Part shown: piece after piece, positions 15,220-24,681 of the stretch
Layout: every line of letters begins with the position of its first letter
Numbering within the stretch: position 1 is the first letter of the stretch
Source: Candidatus Saccharimonadota bacterium
GTDB lineage: Archaea > Nanohalarchaeota > Nanosalinia > Nanosalinales > Nanosalinaceae
Direction: 5' to 3'
DNA length: 32,000 bases
NCBI RefSeq assembly: GCF_047555085.1
Contig: NZ_CP180230.1
Location: 480,001-512,000, forward strand
Made by a program: the position numbers and the translations under genes
Notes under the pieces: model-generated
Databases searched by the model: none
What the model was told of the DNA's origin: nothing
What the model saw: only the letters and a program-made list of their open reading frames with translations

Positions 15220-16341
15220 ATGCAGTTCAGGGAGATAGATGAGCTATACCTGTACGAGTTCCTGAAGAACTTTGGAACAAGTATAATAGGAGTCTTCATA
15301 CCGGTGTACATCCTTTCACAGGGATTCAGCATCTATCACGCAGGCCTCTTCATCCTTATCTCCGGATTTACAGGCCTGACGCTTTCATATCCGATATCGA
15401 AGATTGTTTCGAGAAAAGGATTCAAGCACGGCCTTGCAGCCTCGTACCTGTTTATACTGCCAGGCCTCATACTGATACAGGTACTTGAACTAAGTCTGGC
15501 GCTGATAGTGGCCTCTGGCATACTGTACAACATCGGAAGAGTTATACACAGCATATCCATCAACGCAGAGTTCGCAGTTGATTCAAAGAAGAAGACGCGT
15601 GGAAGCGATTCAGGGAAAATGCTCAGCCTTCCGAATACAGCAAGAGTTATCGCACCTGTACTCGGAGGAGCAATATTCGCCTCACTTGGATTCCATACAC
15701 TTCTACTGATTTCTATAACTTTCCTAGGCCTCTCAATAATTCCCCTGCTTGTCACAGCTGATCACAGGGATACGAAAGAATACAGTTTCAGAGATCTCAA
15801 AGACTACGATCTCAGGGAGGTAGTTCCACTGTTCATCTCACGGGGAATCGACGCAGTATCCAGCGTCGACATCTTCGCAATCTTCATGTTCGTTGTTATA
15901 GGAGGAACGGTAGACGTTGGATGGGTACGCTCCCTGGACAGCCTCGGCTTCGTACTCACAGGATTCCTGACAGGAACAATAATCCAGAGATTCGGAAGCA
16001 AAAAGCCTCTGATAATCGGAGCAGTAGGAAACGGAATACTTAACATGACAAGAGGATTCCTTTCAACACCGTTACAGGCCTTCACACTTTCATTCCTCGC
16101 AGGAATCATGTTCCAGATATACCACGTCCCGCTTTACTCCCGCTTCGCCGACATGGCAGAAAAATCAGATATACTCGAATTCTACGCACTCAGAAAAACT
16201 TTCGTAGGCCTCGGAAACATCCTCGTCGTCACAACACTGTTCACATTCGACTACTTCTACAGCCTGGAAACAGGATTCAAAGCAGTATTCATACTCGGAG
16301 GCCTCGCAATGATAGTCATAGCACTCAAAGGCCCAGAATAA
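15220..16341 (+). CDS. MFS-type transporter
   Basis: About 10-12 hydrophobic helices with a central loop (DSKKKTRGSDSGKM). The overall MFS-like architecture is a call from topology only. Confidence 0.7.
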   Translation: MQFREIDELYLYEFLKNFGTSIIGVFIPVYILSQGFSIYHAGLFILISGFTGLTLSYPISKIVSRKGFKHGLAASYLFILPGLILIQVLELSLALIVASGILYNIGRVIHSISINAEFAVDSKKKTRGSDSGKMLSLPNTARVIAPVLGGAIFASLGFHTLLLISITFLGLSIIPLLVTADHRDTKEYSFRDLKDYDLREVVPLFISRGIDAVSSVDIFAIFMFVVIGGTVDVGWVRSLDSLGFVLTGFLTGTIIQRFGSKKPLIIGAVGNGILNMTRGFLSTPLQAFTLSFLAGIMFQIYHVPLYSRFADMAEKSDILEFYALRKTFVGLGNILVVTTLFTFDYFYSLETGFKAVFILGGLAMIVIALKGPE

Positions 16342-16350
16342 AAAATTTTT
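16342..16350. terminator. AAAATTTTT palindrome between convergent stops, candidate bidirectional terminator
   Basis: It nearly fills the 11-bp spacer between the MFS stop (16341) and the SWIM gene stop (16353). Confidence 0.3.
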
Positions 16351-16352
16351 CT

Positions 16353-16616
16353 CTATCTCTCGACTCCCAGACGTGTAAGATACAAGTGAGCTGCGATCTG
16401 ATGGGAACACAGATCTCCCTGGAAAGGACACGGACAGAAACTTTCACCTGAATCAATATCAACTCCCACAGTATAATCCGCATTATCACCTTCAACAGCG
16501 AACTGGTAACGATCATCAGAACTTACAGTAACAACGATTTTCTCCTCATCGATAATACGACGGGCCTTCCCCCATTTATGCAGATTCTCCCTCTCCGCCC
16601 GCGACAGATCCTCCAT
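16353..16616 (-). CDS. SWIM zinc-finger protein (87 aa)
   Basis: FCPCPFQGDLCSHQIAAH fits the CxCxnCxH SWIM signature. Confidence 0.65.
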   Translation of the reverse strand: MEDLSRAERENLHKWGKARRIIDEEKIVVTVSSDDRYQFAVEGDNADYTVGVDIDSGESFCPCPFQGDLCSHQIAAHLYLTRLGVER

Positions 16617-16673
16617 ACAAAACCGTTGAAAAACCTATACTTAAAACACAGAGGCCTCTACAGAAATTTTTGT

Positions 16674-17342
16674 CTACAGAGTTCTACTGTCAGAAGTATG
16701 TAGGCCTCTCTTTCCAACTTGGTAGAGGTACTGTACTTCCTGCGGTGTGAGAGCATGGTCATAGACACGTATTTCACATGCATTTAGCGGTATGTATCGA
16801 CTTCCACTGTTTGTGTATTCGTTGTTCCCTATCTTGAATGGGACGTCTATACTGGGTACGGAGATGTTGTTTATCTGGTTTGGTTCGGCAGCTAATTTTC
16901 CATCTATCCATAATCTAGAACGGTCTCTGTTGAACACTCCAGCTATGTGATACCAATTCCCTGTAGACAGGGTCGCCGGATTAGTCGAGGCGTGAGTAGC
17001 TCCATTCTCCATCCTGAATCTAATTTCATTCCCATTGTTGTGTGTAAAGCCCCATCCGTTATCGTTGTCTCTGTGAGTGGCTATAGAAGAGTTAAACCCT
17101 GAAGAAATGGACTCAAACTTCGTCCAGACGCTCAATGACAAACTATCTGATCCATGTACTTCGGCCAATACCCCACAATCAACGAGTTTGCCATCATCTC
17201 CATTAACATGGTAGGAACTTCCTCCAACAACTCCAGTTTCTCCCTGAATTGCTCCACTTACATTTCCATTATTATTACCACGGACATCGTATGCAGTGTT
17301 TCCACTTTCTTCATCCAGAGGCCAATATCCAACAAGCACCAT
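16674..17342 (-). CDS. LamG / concanavalin-A-like lectin domain protein (single unit, no signal peptide)
   Basis: It starts directly with MVLVGYWPLDEESGNTAYD. It also has ...LSLSVWTKF..., ...NWYHIAGVF... and ...EIRVYDHALTPQEVQYLY, which is the Laminin_G_3-like pattern. Confidence 0.75.
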   Translation of the reverse strand: MVLVGYWPLDEESGNTAYDVRGNNNGNVSGAIQGETGVVGGSSYHVNGDDGKLVDCGVLAEVHGSDSLSLSVWTKFESISSGFNSSIATHRDNDNGWGFTHNNGNEIRFRMENGATHASTNPATLSTGNWYHIAGVFNRDRSRLWIDGKLAAEPNQINNISVPSIDVPFKIGNNEYTNSGSRYIPLNACEIRVYDHALTPQEVQYLYQVGKRGLHTSDSRTL

Positions 17343-17344
17343 TT

Positions 17345-18790
17345 TTAGTGTTTCACCAGTTGTTTTCTCATGTCACGGCCTCTCGTACCATAACGATACA
17401 GTTCAAAGATTTCATGAGGCTTTAGAGCACGATTATAGATCCTGAATTCATCTAGGATGCCGTCCATATAGAATTGCGAATACCTTCTATCTGCACCAAT
17501 CGAAGACTGGGACATATCCCCTGTATCTGTCGTAGTTGTTGCTTTTGAGTCCTCCTGTACGCCATTAACATAAACCGTGGCATTTCCACTAGGATTCCAT
17601 CTTGCTACAAGATGATACCAATCATTCTTAATCAAAGTACTTTCAGTTAAAGCTATTTTTGGGCTTCCGTCATACCAGCCGAACTCCCATTTCCTATCAT
17701 CTCTTACGCGCATCCACCACTGGCCGTTGACACGGAACTGTGATGTGACATAATATGAACCTGAATTTGGTATTGAATTGAGATTTACCCACGTGGATAC
17801 CGTCCAAGAGTTGTTATTGGTAACTGTATTATCAGGGATTGCAACGCTATCTTCTTCCCCGCCATCAAACTTTGCAGCCTCATGCCGGATTGAATTTGAA
17901 ACAAAACTTGCTCCATTATTTGTGCCATCATTCGAGCCCCATGAATCATTTACATCTCCGTCTAGAGGCCAGTAACTAACACCACCTTCATTCTGATTGG
18001 GAGGCCTTGCATAGTCTCCTGATCCCCATTTGTACAGTTCCTGGATTTCAGATTGGGATAGAGCACGATTGTATATTCTTGCCTGGCATATATTTCCGTC
18101 AAAATTGCTGTGTGATCCTGCAGTATCGTCTCCTATCCGGGGGCCTGAGGAGGGATTAAGTGTTCCTGTATACTCTCCTGTTGAACTATTTTCGATATTT
18201 CCATCAACGTATAGCGTTGTTTCACCTGTTGAACCATCCCATACTCCTGTTACAAGATGCCAGTTCCCATCGGCTATATCGGTATCTCCGTAAAGTATTG
18301 TGAAACTGTATCCGGAAGCTCCTCCATCGTCATAGTAAATATTCACACGATAACTTCCATCACCGCTGTTATTGCTACCGTATCTTATGCCATAATGCTG
18401 AGAAGAACCTGAGCCATTGTAATTGGAAATAATTCCGTACTCTCCCTGAGAATCTATCTTCACCCAGGCAGAAACAGTGAAACTGGAAACAGTGAAGACA
18501 CTGTCATCACTGACTCCAACATAATCATCGCTCCCATCGAAGCTCATTGCTTGGAGGCCTCCACGACCAGATACCCCTGTCGTCACACCGCCATTCAATG
18601 TGCCATGATTCTTATTACCAGAGTAATCTGTTGCAGAATCGTCGTGCAGAGGCCAGTAGCCGACTAAACCACTGGAAAGATCAGGCCTTTCACGACTGTA
18701 TCCTTGCTTCAAGTCTCCGTTTCTGCCGACTGTACCACTACTGTCTTGATTATCTTCCCAATCTGATTCCGAGTCCCATCTTATCGCCAT
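17345..18790 (-). CDS. LamG-domain protein with two LamG units and a 40-aa N-terminal head
   Basis: Two units begin at GLVGYWPLHDD and GGVSYWPLDGD. Each ends with (R)IYNRAL(S/K)..EI.ELY. No signal peptide or TM segment is present. Confidence 0.75.
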   Translation of the reverse strand: MAIRWDSESDWEDNQDSSGTVGRNGDLKQGYSRERPDLSSGLVGYWPLHDDSATDYSGNKNHGTLNGGVTTGVSGRGGLQAMSFDGSDDYVGVSDDSVFTVSSFTVSAWVKIDSQGEYGIISNYNGSGSSQHYGIRYGSNNSGDGSYRVNIYYDDGGASGYSFTILYGDTDIADGNWHLVTGVWDGSTGETTLYVDGNIENSSTGEYTGTLNPSSGPRIGDDTAGSHSNFDGNICQARIYNRALSQSEIQELYKWGSGDYARPPNQNEGGVSYWPLDGDVNDSWGSNDGTNNGASFVSNSIRHEAAKFDGGEEDSVAIPDNTVTNNNSWTVSTWVNLNSIPNSGSYYVTSQFRVNGQWWMRVRDDRKWEFGWYDGSPKIALTESTLIKNDWYHLVARWNPSGNATVYVNGVQEDSKATTTTDTGDMSQSSIGADRRYSQFYMDGILDEFRIYNRALKPHEIFELYRYGTRGRDMRKQLVKH

Positions 18791-18836
18791 AAAAAATTTC
18801 TGAGGCCTCTGTCTGTATTTTGTTCTGTCTTTTATT

Positions 18837-21560
18837 TTATTCTTTCGTGATGTATTCGAGGCGGGCCTGTACTTTTTTCTCAGGGAATTTCTGCTTTATC
18901 GCTTCTCTGTATTTTTCTATCTGGGCCCTGTGTTTCTCCTTCTCTTCGCCTGTCTTCCAGTCTATGACGTCGACTCTGTCGTCTTCGATATTTATCAGAT
19001 CTATCTGTGCTCTGTAGACTGTATCTCCGTCAGGATTGCTGATGGATACCTCGGGGACAAGTTCTCCGTCAAGAGAATCAATTATCTCTTTCACTTCTTT
19101 TTCTCCCTTTGTAGAGGCCTCTACGTTTTCCCCCTGTGCATATCTCTCGGCAAATCTGTGGATCTTCAGGCCGTCTTCAGGATCGCCACGTGTAGTTGTA
19201 TCTGTTACACTGGCGACGGAAGGCCTCTTCTCCTCGGGCTCATCGACTTCAAGTACAGGCCTGTCGTCTTCCTCTGATTCAACTTCTTTGATCTCAGGCT
19301 CCACTTCCACAGGCTCCAGATCTATTTCCTCGTAGAAGCGGCTGGCACGTCCTTTCTCCGCAGACATGAAAAGATGGTTCTCTGCTCTTGTCGTTGCCAC
19401 GTACAGAAGTCTCCGCTCCTCGTCGTACGTCCCTGTAATACATCTTGAGATTATCTCGTAACGCCAGTTATCGTAATTGAAGGCCATATCGGAGTCGTCG
19501 AATATTTTCCTTTGCCGTATACCTGCCGGCTCCACATAGTCTATACTTGCTCTCGAGCCCTGGTAGCTGGGAAAGACTCCTCTGTTCAGGCCTGCGATGA
19601 ATACAGCAGGATACTCCAGGCCTTTCGCCTTGTGCACTGTCTGAATCTTGACGGTGCTCCTGCTTTCGGAGAAATCCACTTCATAAGTCTCTCCTTCCTC
19701 GATATTCTCCTCGATAAAGTTTATGATCCGGCCCGTGTTCATGTAACTGCTGATGAAGGTGTTGTTGAGAACTTCTATGATCTTTCCGGAGGCCGCTCCC
19801 TGCATCCCGTACCTGTTGAAAACTTTCTCAGCCACTGCCGTCACTGATTCCTCGGATGCGATCTCTTCACGGAACTCTCTCATATCCTTGGGGTACTCCT
19901 TTTCATCCAGAATCTTATCCGCCTCATCAAGCGTATAACCGGCCTCTTCAAGAACTACCGCCCAGCCTCTCCTCGAGTCCGAGTTCAGTATACGCAGCCA
20001 CGCCAGCAAAATTATAGACGGATCTGTCTTGAAAAGCTCGATACCGGCCTCGTATGCAGCCGGAACACCGTACTCACGGGCCTTCTCCTGCAACTCCAGA
20101 CCTAGACTGCGTGTCCTCGTTAACACAGCTATATCATCGAACTCCAGAGGCCTCTCACCGCCCTCCCCCTCACAGGTGTACTCGGGATTATCGACTATTT
20201 CCTGTATAGAAGTTATCACGGCCTCTACTTCGTCCTCGCTTATAATTTTCCTTATAGTTGAATCCTGAAGGCCTTTCTCCGATTCCAGAGAAGTTACATC
20301 GACTTCAGCAACGTTCTCCCATCTACTTCCAGGAAGTTCAAGAGTATCCTCCGAGAAATCCAGTATATCCTGACTGGAACGATAGTTTTTCTCCAGAGGG
20401 ATCTTCTCTACAGTCCCGATCTGGAATCCTACACGTTCCCGGCCTCTATTCAGTTCTTCTCTGAAACGTTCCAGTCTTTCCTGGAAATCCTGAATATTCT
20501 CCACTTCAGCGTACTGAAAACTGTAGATTGACTGTTTCCAGTCTCCTACAACACAGATATTCGGCTCTGAGGCCATTAGAAGTGCAAGCTTGAACTGGAT
20601 CTCGTTAGTATCCTGGAACTCGTCGATCATCATGTAATCGAAGCTTTCATCCTTCCTTACATTCTCATCTTCATGCATAAGCACGTATGTAAACATCATG
20701 AGGAAGCTGAAGTTCAGATAGTTCCTGGAAAGACAGAAATCTATGTAGCCGATGAAAAGATCGTGCACAAAATTTTTCAGTTCCTCACGATCCTCCTCAA
20801 AGGCCTTCCTGCAGAAATCCCTTCTAACTGATTTTGTGCCTCTGTCACCTCTCAGTTCTTCCTTCTCTGGTGCATCGTCAAGGTACGTCTTCCTGTCAAA
20901 GCCTGAAAGTCTGGCCCGTAAACGGCTCTGCTTCTTACCTCTTGAGCCTTCACGAGGACTGTTCTCATCCTGGAAAATCTTCCTGAAACGCTTCCAGTCG
21001 CCATCAAGATGTCGACCGGTATCACGGAACCAGGCCTCTCGAGTAGGAACTATTCCCTTCGATGCAAGTGATTTCAAAAGGCTCAGAAGCTCGGAGGAAT
21101 CGCTTACGATGTGATAGAAATCCCTGTATTCGGAGTGATCTTCACGGAAGCCTCTGTAAAATTCGTCGAACTCCTGTCTTTCCCTTATAGCACTTTCCAT
21201 CACCTGTGTCTCCTCTGTAATATTTCTGTCCAGGCCTATCATCGAGGGAGCGTCAAATCCATGTCTCTCAAGTACATCCTGGCAGTGGCTGTGGAATGTC
21301 GAAATCGGGGCCTCGAAGATCCTTGATTCCTCGACATCGGCCTCTTTCATTATCCTCTCAGTCATCTCCTCCGCAGCGTTACGCGTGTAAGTCGCAAGAA
21401 AGATATCCTCAGGCTCCACGCCTTTTTCAAGAAGTTTAACGTAGCGGTGTGTCACTGTAAAAGTCTTTCCTGTACCTGCACCGGCATCTGCCAGTATAAC
21501 TCCTTCAGTCCTGTCTATAATCTTCTGCTGTTGATCATTCGGTGCGAACTCACTCATCAA
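18837..21560 (-). CDS. UvrD/PcrA-type SF1 helicase with C-terminal RecB-family nuclease (AddA-like)
   Basis: DAGAGTGKT (Walker A), MIDEFQDTN (motif II), KNYRSSQDIL, VHKAKGLEYPAVF and LLYVATTRAENHL. C-terminal nuclease motif: VDVIDWKTG...HRAQIEKY. Confidence 0.9.
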   Translation of the reverse strand: MMSEFAPNDQQQKIIDRTEGVILADAGAGTGKTFTVTHRYVKLLEKGVEPEDIFLATYTRNAAEEMTERIMKEADVEESRIFEAPISTFHSHCQDVLERHGFDAPSMIGLDRNITEETQVMESAIRERQEFDEFYRGFREDHSEYRDFYHIVSDSSELLSLLKSLASKGIVPTREAWFRDTGRHLDGDWKRFRKIFQDENSPREGSRGKKQSRLRARLSGFDRKTYLDDAPEKEELRGDRGTKSVRRDFCRKAFEEDREELKNFVHDLFIGYIDFCLSRNYLNFSFLMMFTYVLMHEDENVRKDESFDYMMIDEFQDTNEIQFKLALLMASEPNICVVGDWKQSIYSFQYAEVENIQDFQERLERFREELNRGRERVGFQIGTVEKIPLEKNYRSSQDILDFSEDTLELPGSRWENVAEVDVTSLESEKGLQDSTIRKIISEDEVEAVITSIQEIVDNPEYTCEGEGGERPLEFDDIAVLTRTRSLGLELQEKAREYGVPAAYEAGIELFKTDPSIILLAWLRILNSDSRRGWAVVLEEAGYTLDEADKILDEKEYPKDMREFREEIASEESVTAVAEKVFNRYGMQGAASGKIIEVLNNTFISSYMNTGRIINFIEENIEEGETYEVDFSESRSTVKIQTVHKAKGLEYPAVFIAGLNRGVFPSYQGSRASIDYVEPAGIRQRKIFDDSDMAFNYDNWRYEIISRCITGTYDEERRLLYVATTRAENHLFMSAEKGRASRFYEEIDLEPVEVEPEIKEVESEEDDRPVLEVDEPEEKRPSVASVTDTTTRGDPEDGLKIHRFAERYAQGENVEASTKGEKEVKEIIDSLDGELVPEVSISNPDGDTVYRAQIDLINIEDDRVDVIDWKTGEEKEKHRAQIEKYREAIKQKFPEKKVQARLEYITKE

Positions 21561-24147
21561 GTATCATATCTCTGTTATGTAAATCATCAGGATTTGCATC
21601 AAGAGGGAAGCCGTCCTCCATGTACCTATTCAGTTCATCAAGCTTATCTACAACAAATTCCTCAAATCTGTCAAGATCTTCCTTGAAGAAATTGCTGCAG
21701 CGATAATCAACGAAGGCCTTTATTATCTGGCCACATCCCTTCCGCACATACTTGTACTCTCCGATCTCCTGCTCGCAGAAGGCCTGAAAATCTTTCGCAA
21801 GGCCTGAGTTAACGGCTTTATCTTTATCGAACTGTACATCCATCTCTCTTCCATCGAAAAAGTCTCTGAACTCCTGGCAGCCAAGCTTGTTCAGAACTTT
21901 CACTGCATCGCTGGTCTTTCCTTTCTCACGCAGCAGATGCTCGTACATCTCGAGACTTGAGATAAATTCGTTGAACTCCTCTGGTATATACTCGATAGTA
22001 ACGGCGTTATCCCCGTTGGAATCTTTTCCATCAACAGCGTCCGAAAGATTATCCAGAAAGTTCAGGAAAGTGAACTTCAAACGCTTTCCCGGCATCTGCT
22101 GTCTGTGGAAAGTCAGATACATCAAAGCCTGGAAATCAGGCCAGTCAGCGTCCTCATACATCTCCACGTTCGAGGCCTTGACTATGTCTCTGGCGGATTT
22201 TTTCCTTCCTGACTTGTAGTCCACCAGATGAGTTGAATTCATTATAAGATCTATTTTTCCTTTGACAGCCATATCAGTATCAATAAACGCCATCTCAGTC
22301 AGTTCCGCATCTATCTCCTTCTCAAAGGCCTCTGAGAAAATGTTCTCGTCTTCTCCACGATTGTAGGCCTCGAAACTTGTCTCTTCAACTCCGTGATTAT
22401 CCAGGAACTGTGAAATATTTTTTATTCCGATAAGAAGCTCTGTCTCAAGCTGTTCAAGGCTGTATTCGTCCATGAACGGAGTCATGTGCTCGATCATATG
22501 CTGCAGTATTTCCTCGTCGTCAAGCTGCTTTACATATTCGGGGTAGTTGGCGTAGAACTCGGCGTAGTCGTGGAAGATATTTCCTTTCTCCTTTTTGTCG
22601 TCCTCGATGTCGGAAGTAAGTCTGCCGAAGTAGTACACTCTTGGAGAAAGCACGAGATCGTTCAAAGCGGACTGACTCAACGCCTTTACCTCTCGGGCCT
22701 CTACACCCATATCCATGTGCTGGAATCCGCCTGTATCCGTGTCATCTGCAGGCCTGTAGTACTCGTGATCTAGATCTGTGAAGCTTTCCACATCTCTTTT
22801 CAGAAGCTCGTTCAGGTGGTAGCAGGGTGTTATCTCCCTGTTAAGTTCTCTGTCCTGCACCATGAATACCTGCTGTTCACCGCTCTGTATCATTGAACAG
22901 AAATTGTTCCTGTTCTGTACTGCCTCGGCCTCTCTGTCCCTCCAGGGCCTGTCGCCTGTGTCACGGGTCCAGTCCGAGCCCATCCCTATGAAAAATACGA
23001 CAGGCCTGTCAACAAAGCTTACTGAAGTAGGATCAGCGAATAAAACACCGTCAGTTGTCTCTGATGTCGCGGGATCAAAAGACTCGAGGAAGAACTCAAG
23101 ATCGCTGAGACTGTTCTGTGAGACCTCTCTGTCCATGAGATCAAGTTCTTCAAGTATAGTTTCGACCTCATCCATATCTCCGCCGCCCATCTCACGTAGC
23201 TTCCGGACAACCTCCCCGAAGTCGAGGAACTCCAGAACATTCAGGAACTCCTGCACCTCTTCAAGGCCTGAAGTCTCTGAAACAAGCCTGTTATCCTTCC
23301 TGCGGGATATATCAACATCCATCTCATCCAGTACAGGCCTCACATCCTTCACACGGACGTTTCTGGTAGAAAGACCTATTCTGAGAAGACTCACAAGATT
23401 CCTCAGATCCTCATCCTCCGAAAAACCTTTCTGAGTCAGGAAAGGAATACTTTCTGCCTCGAAAGAGGCCTCGATCATTGATTGATACTGGCTGTCGGGA
23501 TGGACAACTACGGCAGCGTTCTCAGGCCCGATATTTTTGATGTTCTCGGTCAGAGACTTCACGATATCTCCTTTTGACTCGAAGATTCTGAAAGGAGGAA
23601 GCTCGTGTTCTCCGCCTGTGAAAAGATCTATCTCCCTGTAGTTGTCTGGTAAAATTTTTTTATCCAGATTGTTGAAACTCTGAAGGCCTATAACTGCGGT
23701 CTCACTGTATTCCTCGGATGTAGTATAGTTTTCCATCGCTCCGAAAGCTGTAGAGGCCTCCTTCAGTGTTTCTATAACTGTGTCCACAGCCTCTGTCTGG
23801 AATCCGCTGTACTTTTTGATCGCCTCTATGTCCCCGGTGTGCTGCCAGCATTCAACGACATTTCTCAACAGGTAAGCGGCCTGCCTCCAGCCCATATCCT
23901 TCTCGTTCACAAGCCTCAGGAAGGTCTCCTGTCTCTGCTCCATATCAGGCCTCTGAACAAGCCTTCGAGGTGTTGAAGCGAACTCTCCCAGCACCGGTTC
24001 ATCCAGTCGGGATGTAAGTGCATCGGCAAGGGATGCATCGGTCGTCAGTACAAGGCCTTCTTCCTTGAGGTCTTCCACTTGAGAAAATATTCTGTCCACC
24101 GAAGCCGTCTCTGGTATCTTCACTGGATAAAGATTTCTCCGTAGCAT
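21550..24147 (-). CDS. AddB-like subunit: degenerate helicase-like N-region plus PD-(D/E)xK (RecB-family) nuclease
   Basis: No Walker A motif. Nuclease motif GKIDLIMNSTHLVDYKSGRKK...FQALMYL. It overlaps the start of the AddA-like gene by 11 nt. Confidence 0.7.
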   Translation of the reverse strand: MLRRNLYPVKIPETASVDRIFSQVEDLKEEGLVLTTDASLADALTSRLDEPVLGEFASTPRRLVQRPDMEQRQETFLRLVNEKDMGWRQAAYLLRNVVECWQHTGDIEAIKKYSGFQTEAVDTVIETLKEASTAFGAMENYTTSEEYSETAVIGLQSFNNLDKKILPDNYREIDLFTGGEHELPPFRIFESKGDIVKSLTENIKNIGPENAAVVVHPDSQYQSMIEASFEAESIPFLTQKGFSEDEDLRNLVSLLRIGLSTRNVRVKDVRPVLDEMDVDISRRKDNRLVSETSGLEEVQEFLNVLEFLDFGEVVRKLREMGGGDMDEVETILEELDLMDREVSQNSLSDLEFFLESFDPATSETTDGVLFADPTSVSFVDRPVVFFIGMGSDWTRDTGDRPWRDREAEAVQNRNNFCSMIQSGEQQVFMVQDRELNREITPCYHLNELLKRDVESFTDLDHEYYRPADDTDTGGFQHMDMGVEAREVKALSQSALNDLVLSPRVYYFGRLTSDIEDDKKEKGNIFHDYAEFYANYPEYVKQLDDEEILQHMIEHMTPFMDEYSLEQLETELLIGIKNISQFLDNHGVEETSFEAYNRGEDENIFSEAFEKEIDAELTEMAFIDTDMAVKGKIDLIMNSTHLVDYKSGRKKSARDIVKASNVEMYEDADWPDFQALMYLTFHRQQMPGKRLKFTFLNFLDNLSDAVDGKDSNGDNAVTIEYIPEEFNEFISSLEMYEHLLREKGKTSDAVKVLNKLGCQEFRDFFDGREMDVQFDKDKAVNSGLAKDFQAFCEQEIGEYKYVRKGCGQIIKAFVDYRCSNFFKEDLDRFEEFVVDKLDELNRYMEDGFPLDANPDDLHNRDMILDE

Positions 24148-24207
24148 TTATCGTTGTTTCGATTCATGCATCGAAAAGCTCTAAACAGTTCAGATAAACA
24201 AGATCAC

Positions 24208-24672
24208 ATGGACGACAAAATCAGGATCGAAGGCACAGAATATACTCTTACAGGAATGAGTGAGGCCTTTCACACACCTGAGAAATTCGAGGCCTCCGCA
24301 CACAGTACCGGAAGCTTCTATCACATTCAGGGCTCCTGTTTAGAGAGTGTGGAAACTGATGCCGGGTCAGAAAGTCTGGCATACACAGTATCAAACGGTT
24401 CTGAATACGTACTTCATCACTGGAGTCCTGACAGAGAACAGGGCCTGCTTGAGGACCAGTCAGGCCTGAAATGGCTCTACGATGCAGAAAGCGACATAAC
24501 AGCATACTTTGATGGACAAAACTACGTCGCAGCCCACAATCCTGATATAGCAGATTTCTGGGATGATATCATCAACGGAGAATGGATGCGGGAGTTCGTA
24601 CCTGATGCTGTAGACGATGGGATGCATCGACTTCATCCGGAAGTACGGAGACGTGTAGAAAGAGGCCTCTAG
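24208..24672 (+). CDS. acidic hypothetical protein
   Basis: ORF 24154..24672. ATG 24208 (MDDKIRIEG) is preferred because the upstream residues are basic and atypical for this proteome. Confidence 0.45.
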   Translation: MDDKIRIEGTEYTLTGMSEAFHTPEKFEASAHSTGSFYHIQGSCLESVETDAGSESLAYTVSNGSEYVLHHWSPDREQGLLEDQSGLKWLYDAESDITAYFDGQNYVAAHNPDIADFWDDIINGEWMREFVPDAVDDGMHRLHPEVRRRVERGL

Positions 24673-24681
24673 AGAGATCTT

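Noticed and set aside
22862-23434. 190-aa Ser-rich ORF on the plus strand inside the AddB-like gene, and similar antisense ORFs across 18.9-23.4 kb
   Set aside because: They are antisense shadows of well-supported helicase and nuclease genes, with low-complexity Ser/Leu-rich translations.
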